DNA of 63,962 nt, counting the filler, from Octopus bimaculoides (Eukaryota), in assembly GCF_001194135.2 (NCBI RefSeq). It is 5 parts of 5 records of this genome, joined end to end, with 100 filler letters (N's around TTAATTAATTAA, not from the genome) between each part and the next. Parts side by side here need not be neighbours in the genome. Positions count along the whole stretch, not along the records: positions 1 to 13,652 come from NC_068982.1; 4 more parts are not named here. One strand, 5' to 3'. Under the pieces are notes generated by a model that saw only the letters and a list, made by a program, of their open reading frames with translations, did no database searches and was not told the origin of the DNA. The position numbers and the translations under genes are program-made. Of the stretch, positions 1 to 13,080 are shown one piece after another. Positions within the stretch are counted from its first letter, which is position 1; each line of letters starts with the position of its first letter.

Positions 1-51
1 ATATATATATATATATATATAAATGAATGTGTGGTAATGTAGGTGTATAAC

Positions 52-219
52 TATACACGACAAACTTCTTCAATCTCCGCCTACCGAGTCCACTCACAAG
101 TCTTTGGTTGACGACAGCTTTTATTCATATACACTTGCTCCCGTTGCTGCCTAGTGGGACTGAACCCGGAACCATGTGGGTGGAAGGCAAGCTTCTTGCC
201 ACACACCCACGCCTGCGCC
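52..219 (-). mobile_element. tRNA-derived CORE-like SINE (family A), diverged head fragment
   Basis: Reverse complement aligns by eye with the heads of the full copies at 28927 and 44023 (ggcgcaggcgtgggtgtgtggcaagaagcttg...ccacatggttccgggttcagtcccact). Confidence 0.8.
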
Positions 220-3200
220 TATAGAGATAACATGTATGTATGATCATTAGCCATTATCAATACATGCTTTCATAAAGTGTATAGACGTTCCGTATTATTC
301 CTTCATGTCTATATTTTCTTTTATTTTCAAGTATTTATGACTTATTCACTTCTTACAGACACCTTGTCTAAACAAATAGATATTATGGTATAAATACTTC
401 ACTTGTAGCATGGATATTCTTTGAAATGTATATGGCTGGGATGAGAATGTATTCTTGGCGTGTGCTGTTTACAATTTCCTTCCTGTTATCAATACATAAG
501 TTACTCACGGTTGCACTCTAATTAAAAATCAACTAATATATACACTTGAAAAAACATCCACCTTATTTTATAGTACTCGCTTATTACGAGTAAATGCGTG
601 TTTTTAAAGCTTCCTTTTCTTTTTCACTTATGTGCAATTCTTACAGAGAAACATATTCTTAGAGCACTTGTATATGCTGCATAACACATAACCCATACTT
701 TCAATTCATGTTGCATATTACTTTTCATTTTTTCCTGTTGAATATGAAATTTGCATGATTTTGCGTCTGCAGCAGCTTGATGGCGTTTACATGATAGCAT
801 GCATGCAACTATTCATGCCCACACTCAAACACCGCAGAAACACACATACACAAACACACCCATAGTCACACACACATACTCGTACGTATAATAAATATAT
901 ATGCACGCACACACATTCCATTTCCTATTTGTTAATTCTATGCGCCCAGCTGTCGCAGTGGAGTTGCAGGAGTAAATCTACAGATAACAGGAAACCTAAA
1001 CTGTTCTAGATGATGACATCTATTCATGCATTTTGCATAATTTATCCATTATATATGCATACATACATATAAATAGATATATATATAGGTAAGACATAAA
1101 TAAAATACAGAAGGGTATTGAAACACAAGATGTTATGAACAGAGCTAAGGCTCTAAACTACAATGTAAATATGCAGATCCTGGAACATGCACATTCTTAC
1201 TTGTGTAATCCAAGCAAGGAAAGCCTATCTCTGTTATGGTTATGACATCCACCTTGTGAGAAAATTGTGGTTTATTTCAATAACATTGCGTATTTTATTT
1301 ATATTTGATATATAAAATCTAAGCTTGTTAACCACTCTATTACTAATATTATTATTAATAATGTTAGTAATGTTTATTTTAATTTTGATTTACACACACA
1401 CACACACACNNNNNNNNNNNNNNNNNNNNNNNNNNNNNNNNNNNNNNNNNNNNNNNNNNNNNNNNNNNNNNNNNNNNNNNNNNNNNNNNNNNNNNNNNNN
1501 NNNNNNNNNATACATACATGCGTGTGCCTTCTGTGCAAGTTGATTGCCACTTTGGAAGTCCTTTTCAATTATCTATGATCTACTGCAGACTATTTAATAT
1601 CTTTAATTAAAAGAATATATCAAATCGTCTATAGCAAAATTTTCACTTGCCCAGAACGCTGCAGATTTATGAAAATCATAGACGTCAAGTCTCACACTAT
1701 TGGCAAGGAACTAGTCTGAGTAGACTTTCCTAATAGCATATTAATTATTATTGGCTATCGTTGTACGAGGGAACAGATACATTGATAACGTATTAGTGAT
1801 CGGCTGTCAATATATGTCTTATTGCTAGGTCGCGAGTGTCAGAAGACGTGACAAGTTGAAAAGCAGGAAATGGAGCAGAATCACAGAGTATTTCTTCGAC
1901 CAGTCGCTTAATTACATCGGCTATTTAGTAGACCAATAGTCGCCAAATTTTGAAGTACTCAATGGAATGTTGCCATTTTAGCAGTGTTTTACGTTGATCA
2001 CATTTATATGTAGCTGTCAGTGTGTGTTGGTTTGCATACATGTTTATATGTAGATATGTATAAATTGGATGTATTCTTTCTATAAACGTGTAGTTCCTTG
2101 TATGTTCTATTTAAAATAATTACGTTTTTGAGCACTGATATATCAGGATATGTATTTAATTAATGTATCTTTCATAACTTGCCGCATTTCGTTCTCAAAT
2201 TCTTCGGGAAAAGCATAAAAGGATATTTTTATAATCCCAATATTAAACGGTGTAATTGTATAAAGGAGTAGGTTTATGGTACCCAAATTGAATTGTATTC
2301 TAATGGCATAAAAGGATATATTTTGTAATACACCAATTAAAGATGTGGTAATACTTTTCAATTTCATATATATATATATGTAAATGAAATATAACTGATA
2401 TCACTTCTATATCTATTAATTGACTTTATCGAACTAATTTAAACTATGTAGGAATTATACCTTAAATCAACAACACAAGGTATACGACCTCCTTTGCATA
2501 GGAATATGCATGATACTGAGTTATTTTGATATAGCGTCTAATAATGTCTAATTGCTTACTACAGAAATATACTTATGATTTCAACTATTGCAAGATAGAA
2601 TGCTTAAAGGAGAAATATTGAGGAGTTACTTCTGAAATCTACATCTATATAAAACCTTCGTAGTCGATATACCTGGTGGAAATAACTTTCAGATAGTTCA
2701 CAGTTACAATGTATGCAAATATTCATACAATATGCGTGAGCGTGCGTGCGGGTGTGTATATACATATATAAATACATATACACACAAACACACACGCACA
2801 TACACACTCATATATTTCCTTTTCCTACTTGACCAATCATCTATTGAATGACGGCCTCTTGGGCTCTCACTTTCGTATTTATCTTCAGCTCTGTCTTCGT
2901 CTCAAGCTTCAAACTTTCTCTATATCCTTCTCTCCATTTCTTCCATTCTATTTCTTCCATCCTTTCACTTTTTTCTATCTTTGTGTCTCTCTACTTAACT
3001 TTTAAATACCTACTAGACATCATTTTATTTTAGTGTTCCTTCTACATATGTTACACGTAAAGGCTGTGTTATAGCTGTAAGGCCAAAATTTTACATTTAT
3101 ATACTTTTTTTTTAAGTAATAAAAACCTCAGTCGTTTTCTGTTATACCTTGTATTTTATCGTAATTAATCATATGACTAATTTACATCTTAATATTGTGA

Positions 3201-3583
3201 ATCACGCAATATATGATTTGATTTTTGTAATCTGATTACGGCTTTCCTTCCAACCATGTTTTGGGTAATTGTAAATGAAACACATTTAAGACCTAGCGAA
3301 ATAATAGATGAAGGAACTCTGCTAGTTATCTTTCAGCCTTACTGTGCGTACTCTATGATCTTGCTATGTACAATGACTAATAAAATAAAACTGAAACTAA
3401 AATAACGATCTTCCACATGGTTTTTCTTTTGAATAGAAAAAGTCGCCATGATGTTCTAAATGCTTGTTATCTGTCTAAATACTCGGCAATTTTTCATGCT
3501 GTTTCAATTTATATCGCATCATATAATGTATGTGTGTGTGTGTGTGTTTATACATAAATGTTTTGCGTTCTTGTTCCATTGTG

Positions 3584-3621
<38 letters not shown>

Positions 3622-4323
3622 NNNNNNNNNNNNNNNNNNNNNNNNNNNNNNNNNNNNNNNNNNNNNNNNNNNNNNNNNNNNNNNNNNNNNNNNNNNNNNN
3701 NNNNNNNNNNNNNNNNNNNNNNNNNNNNNNNNNNNNNNNNNNNNNNNNNNNNNNNNNNNNNNNNNNNNNNNNNNNNNNNNNNNNNNNNNNNNNNNNNNNN
3801 NNNNNNNNNNNNNNNNNNNNNNNNNNNNNNNNNNNNNNNNNNNNNNNNNNNNNNNNNNNNNNNNNNNNNNNNNNNNNNNNNNNNNNNNNNNNNNNNNNNN
3901 NNNNNNNNNNNNNNNNNNNNNNNNNNNNNNNNNNNNNNNNNNNNNNNNNNNNNNNNNNNNNNNNNNNNNNNNNNNNNNNNNNNNNNNNNNNNNNNNNNNN
4001 NNNNNNNNNNNNNNNNNNNNNNNNNNNNNNNNNNNNNNNNNNNNNNNNNNNNNNNNNNNNNNNNNNNNNNNNNNNNNNNNNNNNNNNNNNNNNNNNNNNN
4101 NNNNNNNNNNNNNNNNNNNNNNNNNNNNNNNNNNNNNNNNNNNNNNNNNNNNNNNNNNNNNNNNNNNNNNNNNNNNNNNNNNNNNNNNNNNNNNNNNNNN
4201 NNNNNNNNNNNNNNNNNNNNNNNNNNNNNNNNNNNNNNNNNNNNNNNNNNNNNNNNNNNNNNNNNNNNNNNNNNNNNNNNNNNNNNNNNNNNNNNNNNNN
4301 NNNNNNNNNNNNNNNNNNNNNNN

Positions 4324-4392
<69 letters not shown>

Positions 4393-7242
4393 AAGAGAGA
4401 GAAAATGGTAGAGAGGGGAGAACTAGAGAGTCGTATTGTTAGTAATGCAAATGAAGTATTTTAAATGTTTACGCAATAATCAAACTCATAATCAATCTAA
4501 GTCATTTGCGTCTCGCAACCTAAAGATTACATCAAATAATCATTCACATTGGTAATAGAACTATTTCATGTAAGATAAATATAATAATGAGAAATAAAAT
4601 GTCATGTATAAGCCCACAGATAACGGTCAGGTATTTGCGCTGTAATCTTAGATTTAATACTCGTATGAAAATTATGAAACAATTCATCAAACTGTCAGCA
4701 TCCCGCTACATATAGCTACACACACACACACACGGACACACCCACACACACACTTACATAAACACTCCACATAATATATATATGTATGTATGCATGCACA
4801 CGTGTATATACTGTATGATTGTGTGGGTGTGTAGATTATTTGTGTATGTTTTCAATAATAATTGGAAACACAATTCATGGAGATATAAAGATAAAACATA
4901 TTCGAATAATGTAAACCGATCGACGCCTTTTAACACCAATATTACATTTGTGACATCAGTCTGTATTTGTATTGTACGATACGATACATGTTTGTGAGGT
5001 TATTATTCCCGTCCCTTTCCGTTTGACACAAAAATCTTGTAATTCTTTGCTTTTCCATATTGTTCTACAAAATTCTAGAAACATTTTAGAGCACCTGTTC
5101 TGGATGATATGCTATTACGTTTCAAAAGTCGGATCTGGAGATCAGTATCTCTTTTTGTCCCACTTCATAGATTTTATAGGGAGTTCTGTAGATTAAACAA
5201 CTCTGTACGGAAATATCGACTTTTAGTGCTTGGCGAGTCACAGTTTTCGAACGTTTTCTAGTTACAGCATCATATACGGTAGCAATATTGTGCATAGATT
5301 TATAATTTTGAAAGTCCCCGTGGTATATCAAAACGGTAGCTCTACCATTGGTGTTCATAAGGACTCTCAACAGAGGGTTTCACTTCCTTTCTCTCCGTCT
5401 CCTCCACTACTTCCTGTGCATGTGTGTGAGTGGTTTAACATTCATGCATGCTGTAACTTTTAATATTCCAAAGACCATGGCTAACCAAATACCATTTTGG
5501 TTTCTGTTTTTGCAAGAAATAGTAAAAAATAACTCACTTGCAATCCATATACATATGTAATCTCTCTTCGGAAGGTTTATATATACACCTCTTTTTTTTT
5601 GGTTGAAATGGCTTACTTGCATACAAAATGGCAATTTCTAACAGCATCGATAGGTCTAGGCTTATTGTATTCGAATATTTCAGTTCTATAGCAATCTATA
5701 GCAATCTATAGCAACCTGTCACGTACTCCTGTAGAAAATCTGGATTTAACATGTACTCGGTTTAGTAACTGTGTGCTAAACGAATTATTTATTATTTGAA
5801 TATTCTTTGCAATAATTTTTTTAGTGCACGAAAATGATTACTATCGATTTTCCAGAAACATACGTTTACATTTAAGTTTGCTTTACGAAGTCATGTGCTT
5901 AGTCAGATATTTATTATTTTCTTATCTATAGCATTTTGAAACGGCGCACCTGATGAAAGGTAAACTCTTAATAATTATTAATATATGCTGTGCATGTAGT
6001 CTATTAGTTGATCAAACACCTGAACAAAATATAAATTTAAGATCGGTCTGTTTCTTATTTTCATTATGCTAACTTTTTAACAGGTATCAAACTATTGTTT
6101 CTTCTCATGTAATTTTATAAAATAATTTATATTCTGCCATCTTGCTTTCAAAGCTATTTATGTGGTGTACATTTAGTTCACACACCAATATCTGTTTGAT
6201 CTAGAGCTTTCGACACGACAATGTTGTTTGACACGCTGACACGCAAATAAATAGACATCAATTATATCATTTTGTACCAATGTGTTTCATCAATGAAGTT
6301 TCCAAAGACTTCATCGAAAACTTGTCGTCATGTGATATATTGCACAATTAAGAAAAGGAATAAAAATAATTTTTACCAGGGGAGACAGCTAAAGCAGAAA
6401 GTTGCTTAACTGAAATTTTCCATTTTCAATTCACAATCTGTGAAACAATAATAGTGAGGAAATTGTCGCGTAAAACGAAATCAGAATTTGAAAAATATAA
6501 TGTGTCAGATATTCTTAATTAGAAACGTGAAAGAGTGTCTATCTGTAACATTTCAATTACCCGTTCAAAGACTGTGATGCTGAAATATACAGCTAATATT
6601 TTTCAAATAACAATAAATGCATTATATGTAGATGAAGTAGACACAGCTAAATCGCCAAATGACTTACCTCTTCATAGGAAAGCATACATTCATTTAAAAT
6701 TCATTACTAAAACACCGACTAGTTAAGAAAATGGAAGGAATATGCGATGATGTGTATGATATATTGTAAATTTCTGTCAAGTTATTGGCCAACGTTAATT
6801 ACTCTCTCAGCTGTAGACAAGATATTTCAACTTGTTTGCAACTAATATTTGCCAAACAAAGGAAATTAAAATTACGGTAACACAGATATTTAATTATCTT
6901 TTATTTTCACCCACATAAACCTAAATCAAAATGCTTTTGCTAATATGTGAAATATCTGACGCTTTTGATTTTATTACTCTTAATTTACTGGAATATGTTC
7001 AATATTTACGATAAAATAACAACTGAGATACAATGTTTAAAATGAAAATAATGTTAACATACAAGAAGTTAGAGGGGAATATGGATGATAAGTATTTATT
7101 AACAATGTAGTGTATCTATTTAGGATAATTCTCTTAAAATGCAAATACAGTGAAAATAAAACACCTTGCACATGACAAGGAATCGTTTAATAATATGTAT
7201 GTGCGTATGTTTCGTGAACGTGTGTGTATGTGTGTGAGTGTT

Positions 7243-7318
<76 letters not shown>

Positions 7319-7989
7319 CGTGTGAATGCGTATGTTAGAGCTTGTATTCCTTTTTTAATTTACAGGGCGAATCCACTCATAGTAGATGACGGGAATATAA
7401 TATGAGAAACCGGTCTCGCTTATCAGTTAAGAGCTTTTAACTTGACGGTCTCTGGTGCTGAGGAAGAAATAACAACTCTGAACTGCATGCATTCACCAGT
7501 TTGGATATGGAGCACTGCAAACTGACTTGGTGTAGGAATTTTCTCTATAAAGAACTACAGTGAATGGCTTACTTACGTCTTTGAATATGCCTCAATCATG
7601 TGTGAACTGGTAACAGGTCAGTATATGCATACATGTATGTATATGTGTGTGTGTCTGTTGTGTGTGTGCGTGTGTATGTGTGCGTGTGTATGTGTGCACG
7701 TGTGTGTGTAAGGCTGTAAGTTGTTTCATGGTTTCATGATAAGAAAAATATCTTAATAATGTTTCAAGCCGATGACATGAAGGATGGTGCTCCTCTCCAC
7801 TTTGGATATTTTCAATATTGATAGAAAAACACATACACTCATAATTTGAGTTACATTTGCCACAATATACCTGTGCATATATGTATATACACTCTTTTAT
7901 TCTCTTACTAGTTTCAACGTGAGGCTGGGGCCATGCTGGAGCCTTGCTGGAGTCCCGGCTTTGAGCATTTTGGGGTCTCTTGTCGGTAC

Positions 7990-8255
7990 TGACTTTGGTG
8001 AAGAAGCGGTCTCTTGCCGCGATGTGGCACCATCTTAGGATTTCATAGAGAATTTTTCCGTGTGCCTTTTGAATAGTTTCACATCTACACATTGCATATC
8101 TATTAAGGTTCTTGGTAGGATATTAAACAATTTTGCCCCTTTGAAATCGAAGTCGTTGCAACACAGGTCCCTATCTGAGATGAAGAGGAGGGTATCTTTG
8201 GTAATATGCAGAACCATCCAGTTCAAGTCGGTATAGCATTTAATTCCAAAGATGG
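7990..8255 (-). mobile_element. CR1/L2-like LINE, 3' end of ORF2, degenerate
   Basis: Translation KGAKLFNILPRTLIDMQCVDVKLFKRH resembles the conserved GPxLFNxLP...FKxxLD C-terminus of CR1/L2-group ORF2. Confidence 0.55.
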
Positions 8256-9585
8256 GAACTAGACATTCCAGGATCTTCCATATATATATATATATATATA
8301 TATATCGCTGTATACCTTTCTCGCCTTCTCTCCAGGAAGTAGACCTTCAGTTCTTTGTAGCCTCACCTGTTTCACAGATTCAATCGTCTATGTGTATTTG
8401 TGCTGGCTTGATTCAAGTCGTGCCACCAACATGACTCTCTGCGGCGACGAGAACCGCGAGCATTTAACAAGACGATTAAGGACAGGTGTCCGCCATAGGA
8501 TTAGCAAGGTACCCTTATTTCTGGATTCACAGGTAACGCCGACTCTAACACTGGGATTCTACTGACACTAGTCCTCTGTATTCCGACTGATGTGTCTTTC
8601 TGGGCCGATTGCAGAAAGCTTGGAACAGTATTGAACTGCACGTTATGATCTTCAGCCCATTTATATATATTTATATATATATATATNNNNNNNNNNATAA
8701 AAACACACGCACTGTATATTTGGTGTTAATTTTTTTTTTTTTTTCAGCTTTATATTACCTTAATCTTAATCTTAATCTTATTTCGGCCAGAGTTCTTTCG
8801 TCACACTTCTGTGACCTCATCAGTGGTCCTTTGTTTCCTTCTTTCTTATGTGTGTCTCACCTTGCTAACTATCAGCCATTTTGTATTTTGTATTTTGTAT
8901 TTTGAGGTGGTGGTGGTGGTGGTAGTGGTGGTTTTGATGGTTCTTGCGGTGGCAGACGTGGTGTGGTGGTATCGGTGGTAGTGTTGGTACCGGACGTCAT
9001 GTGACCAAAGTCAGAGGCTAAAACGTATCTCTTCATGGTGACCAAACCTGAGTAATGACCATATTAGAGGTGCACCGGGAGATAGAACTATGAAAGCAAA
9101 CTCCCAACAAAGCCGAACAGGAATTTCACTGCAGTTCCAGATTCTTGGGTGCTCCGGAAGGATTTCATAGCATCCCGGATTTTTTTCTGTCTCGGAGGTG
9201 ATCTTGGTTTGGAAAACAAGATGTTATATCAGGGGCAAGATTGATCACCTGAAATCTGTCTGCCAAACTGTGGAGAATACGAAAAAAAAGTGCCGCACTC
9301 AGTTGCAATCACAAAAGGGAAAGCAGCGGCAAGTACAACAACAAACACAGGATATAGATATAGAAAAAAAAGCAAACGATGAACTTACGGACACCTCAGA
9401 TAGAGAAAGGGCCATGGGCGAGACAAACATAACCAAATGAGTGATCCTTAAGCGACCTCCAAAAATGAAAAGGGGGAGAGCGGAAGAAAATGACGATGTA
9501 AGTTTAAATCCCAAACACTTGTGGACACCAAGCTGAATACTTTTTAGAACTGTGCAACGAAGCGACAGACCAACAGCTTCAGCGC

Positions 9586-9669
9586 CAGCATCATCATCAT
9601 CAACATCATCATCATCATCACCACCATCATCATCACCATCACCACCACCATCCACCACCACCGCCACCT

Positions 9670-9702
<33 letters not shown>

Positions 9703-9705
9703 TCA
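9586..9705 (+). repeat. Compound (CAT)n/(CAC)n microsatellite
   Basis: Direct reading. Confidence 0.95.
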
Positions 9706-9754
9706 TGAAAGCGACAATAACCTTATAAACCACAAGGGGCAGAACAATCAGAGC

Positions 9755-10277
9755 ATTCGAGTTACCTCTATTTCCAGGTCTTTCTATTTTGAAAGTTTCT
9801 TCATTTCTTTTAGGGAAACGTTGCCATCTGTTGGTATTGATACATCAATTAGAAAGCATTTTGTCTTTCATGAACTTTGACAACTATATCTGGCCTATTG
9901 ACCTTAATTTCTCTATCTGTGTGTATTGGCATATCTCAGAAGGTTGCCTTCTCGTTTTCTGTGACCTTTTCTGGCGTGTGTTTATACCATCTGTTTTCTG
10001 TTGTTATTCCATAGTGTTGGCATAGCTTCCAGTGCATATAGGTCCCATCTCTGTCGTGTCTGTGAATATATTCCTTCTCAGCCAGGACTGGGCAGCCAGA
10101 GATAATATGATTTATTGTTTCTTGTCCATCGCCATATATTCTGCAGTTACTTGTTATGTTTGTTTTCATTATATGTTTTGGGTAATTTCTGGTGGGGAGG
10201 CTTTGGTCTTGTGCAGCAATTAAAAATCCTTCAGTCTCTGCTTTGAGTCCTGAGCTTCTCAACTATTGCTGGGGTGT
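9755..10277 (-). mobile_element. R4/Dong-like RLE non-LTR retrotransposon fragment (zinc knuckle + restriction-like endonuclease)
   Basis: ORF 9936-10262: ETEGFLIAAQDQSL, CRIYG...ETINHIISGCPVLA, YIHRHD, HWKLCQHYG; downstream frame gives NRPDIVV and LIDVSIP. Confidence 0.9.
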
Positions 10278-10857
10278 NNNNNNNNNNNNNNNNNNNNNNN
10301 NNNNNNNNNNNNNNNNNNNNNNNNNNNNNNNNNNNNNNNNNNNNNNNNNNNNNNNNNNNNNNNNNNNNNNNNNNNNNNNNNNNNNNNNNNNNNNNNNNNN
10401 NNNNNNNNNNNNNNNNNNNNNNNNNNNNNNNNNNNNNNNNNNNNNNNNNNNNNNNNNNNNNNNNNNNNNNNNNNNNNNNNNNNNNNNNNNNNNNNNNNNN
10501 NNNNNNNNNNNNNNNNNNNNNNNNNNNNNNNNNNNNNNNNNNNNNNNNNNNNNNNNNNNNNNNNNNNNNNNNNNNNNNNNNNNNNNNNNNNNNNNNNNNN
10601 NNNNNNNNNNNNNNNNNNNNNNNNNNNNNNNNNNNNNNNNNNNNNNNNNNNNNNNNNNNNNNNNNNNNNNNNNNNNNNNNNNNNNNNNNNNNNNNNNNNN
10701 NNNNNNNNNNNNNNNNNNNNNNNNNNNNNNNNNNNNNNNNNNNNNNNNNNNNNNNNNNNNNNNNNNNNNNNNNNNNNNNNNNNNNNNNNNNNNNNNNNNN
10801 NNNNNNNNNNNNNNNNNNNNNNNNNNNNNNNNNNNNNNNNNNNNNNNNNNNNNNNNN

Positions 10858-10928
<71 letters not shown>

Positions 10929-11844
10929 ATTTATTTTTATATTTATATTGTCAGAATTTATGCCTGTATTTCAACTAATCTTTACCTGCAATACCACTTG
11001 AGTTTGTGCTTTCTTTTCTTACGCTAAAGTTTTTCTGCATATATGTTAAAACGTGATTTCGTGTCGGATCTCCTGTTTCGTTCATGTTTCGTGAAAGACC
11101 CTGTTTCTTCTTTTTTTGTATTATAATGTGTAGCAGCTTTGCAGAAGGAGGATCGTGCGAGTATTTAGCAAATGTATTAATAATTATTGGGTAAAGACCA
11201 AAAAGTTTATTGATTCTGTCCTGGTATAAGATGCAAACATTGAGACGTATATATTTCGCTGCATTTCCTAGTCATATTTCCGTGTCATACATGTTATAAG
11301 TGTTGTGTAAGGTAGTTATGTGAAAGATTATACATTTGCGGTGGACAGAGTAATACATGGTATGTACCATTGAACTGAAAGTAACTTCGTAATTTATCAA
11401 TTGATGCCTTTATCATGAGTGATATATGTTAAAAGACGTGCAACATGTAGACCATATGTGTAATATTTGATCATACGTCATATCTAGTACTCCGAGTATT
11501 ATAATTGTTATTGTTTTAATTATGTATGCCACGTGTAGTTTTATTACATTTGTAATTTAAATGACTATGATATACACACTCTGCGAGTTACTTTGGACAC
11601 ATCTGCTCGAAGTTGCTATCAGGCACTTTCTTTTCCACTGTTTATTCGTTATATCTGATCGGTTTCAATTCTATTCCGAATGCATTTTACATGCTGACAC
11701 AAGGTTGAACCAATCATTGGCTAGTAATGTAGCTATGTTCCCTAAACATTTTTTTCCTGTCTACCTCAAACTGTAACCATCAGCAGTTGCATCCTGGTTT
11801 TCTCAGGCCAACGAAACGTATACCCAGTAACATGACAGATTTTG

Positions 11845-11885
<41 letters not shown>

Positions 11886-12159
11886 NNNNNNNNNNNNNNN
11901 NNNNNNNNNNNNNNNNNNNNNNNNNNNNNNNNNNNNNNNNNNNNNNNNNNNNNNNNNNNNNNNNNNNNNNNNNTGTACACTCTGGGCTTGCTCCAGGCCA
12001 GAGAATGCTAGCTGAAAAGTGATGATATAGAAATATCCAATAAAAGGTTACAGAAAATGACAACGAAGCCATAAATACGCCAGTACAAATAAATAAGGAG
12101 ATGAATATAATTGACTAGTTATTGTCAATAACCATCTTGAAAAAGTGCTTCTTAATCGG

Positions 12160-12330
12160 CATGCATACCCCCCAAAATGATCATCTATCGTTGAAAGAAA
12201 TAGAGACAACATCGACATGCAAAGATCTAGAAATAGATATAAAAGGAATGTGAACCCCCTAAAACAGAAACAAACCCAATAATTATAGGTTTTTATGTAT
12301 GTTTAAAAACACGCAGACAAATGCATAGTC
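12160..12330 (+). mobile_element. R4/Dong-like RLE C-terminal remnant
   Basis: tcgttgaaagaaatagagac...aaagatctagaaatagatataaaaggaatgtgaaccccctaaaacagaaacaaacccaataattatagg parallels the KDLEIEI..MWNLKTETIPIIIG segment seen at 34000-34258. Confidence 0.65.
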
Positions 12331-12420
12331 ATAACCCATTATGAATAAATATTTAGGAAGGAATTTCAACCATGTTTCGTGGTCTGCTACCACACGACAG
12401 CACCTTTATAGGATCCAGTT

Positions 12421-12489
12421 AGCTCAAGACATCATCAGGAGGAACCACGTCCTGTTTCGGCCCCTACCCCTCTACAGTTTTGACGTGGC
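12421..12489 (-). ncRNA. Putative non-circularly permuted hammerhead ribozyme, copy 1
   Basis: Minus strand: CUGU-A (triplet GUA) GAGGGG ua GGGGCC GAA-ACAG GACGUGG UUCCUC CUGAUGA UGUCUU. Stem III CUGU/ACAG, extended by CCACGUC/GACGUGG; stem I GAGGGG/UUCCUC; imperfect stem II. Confidence 0.6.
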
Positions 12490-12698
12490 GGGGCCCCCCA
12501 TTTCGAAGGTGTCTTCAGCTCTGGTGTTGGGTGTATGTCTTCTTTCACTGTCTGTGACTGTTCTAATTCAACTGTGGAATGTCCCTCGCTATGGCTATTT
12601 TCCAGGGGGTTCTAGCCACACGTCTTACGGGTCATCAACCCGCGGTGTTGAAATACTTTCTTCTGACATACCTTCCCTTGGTGGATTAGGATCCAGTT

Positions 12699-12767
12699 AC
12701 CTCAAGAGATCATCAAGAGGAACCACGTGCGGTTTCGTCCCCTACTCCTATACCGTTTTGACGTGGC
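12699..12767 (-). ncRNA. Putative non-circularly permuted hammerhead ribozyme, copy 2 (core C3U)
   Basis: Same layout with stem III CGGU/ACCG (compensatory change relative to copy 1), core UUGAUGA, stem II strand GGGGAC. Confidence 0.5.
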
Positions 12768-12900
12768 GTATCCCCCGCTTTCGGAGGTGTCTTCAGCTCT
12801 GGTGTTGGGTGCATGTCTTCTTTCTTCTATTCCCTGGCCTCTTCGATGCAGCATCAACGAGTGTCAGCGTCCGACTGATTGTCATGTCAAATTCCCCTTT

Positions 12901-13080
12901 TTATAACTGCTGCTAGGCTCCAGCAGGCTGCCCCAGCAAGTTGTCACGTGACACTGTCTAAATTTCCCGCTGCTAGGGTCCAGTAAGCAGCCCCAGCAAG
13001 TTGTCACATGACACTGTATATAATTACCGCTGCTAGGCTCCAGCAAGTAGCCCCAGTAAGTTGTCACATGACACTGTATA
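12901..13080. repeat. Three tandem 60-bp repeats
   Basis: Unit ...ctgctaggctccagcaagtagccccagcaagttgtcacatgacactgtata, period 60, a few substitutions per copy. Confidence 0.95.

Noticed and set aside
3460-4442. Long ORFs spanning N gaps (also near 10.2, 18.7, 20.4, 24.6, 32.4, 34.2, 38.7 and 58.5 kb)
   Set aside because: Open only because Ns contain no stops; the flanks are simple repeats.
5080-5340. piggyBac transposase remnant (LDDMLLRFKSR)
   Set aside because: Only one weak motif; no consistent frame or TTAA ends.
7150-7338. ORFs translating to CVCV, YIYI, HTHT, poly-N/L/I and similar
   Set aside because: Translations of di- and trinucleotide microsatellites.
7366-7560. Coding exon after a strong acceptor (ANPLIVDDGNII*)
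   Set aside because: All frames stop early and no homology is recognised; it cannot be supported without RNA data.
12500-12520. CUGAAGA...GAAA as a second, conventional hammerhead core within the 140-nt repeat
   Set aside because: The intervening CACCUUC cannot form stem II and no stem I/III partner fits; it more likely pairs with the downstream UGUCUUGAGC.
12901-13080. CRISPR-like array
   Set aside because: Whole 60-bp units repeat with no unique spacers; eukaryotic context with no cas genes.
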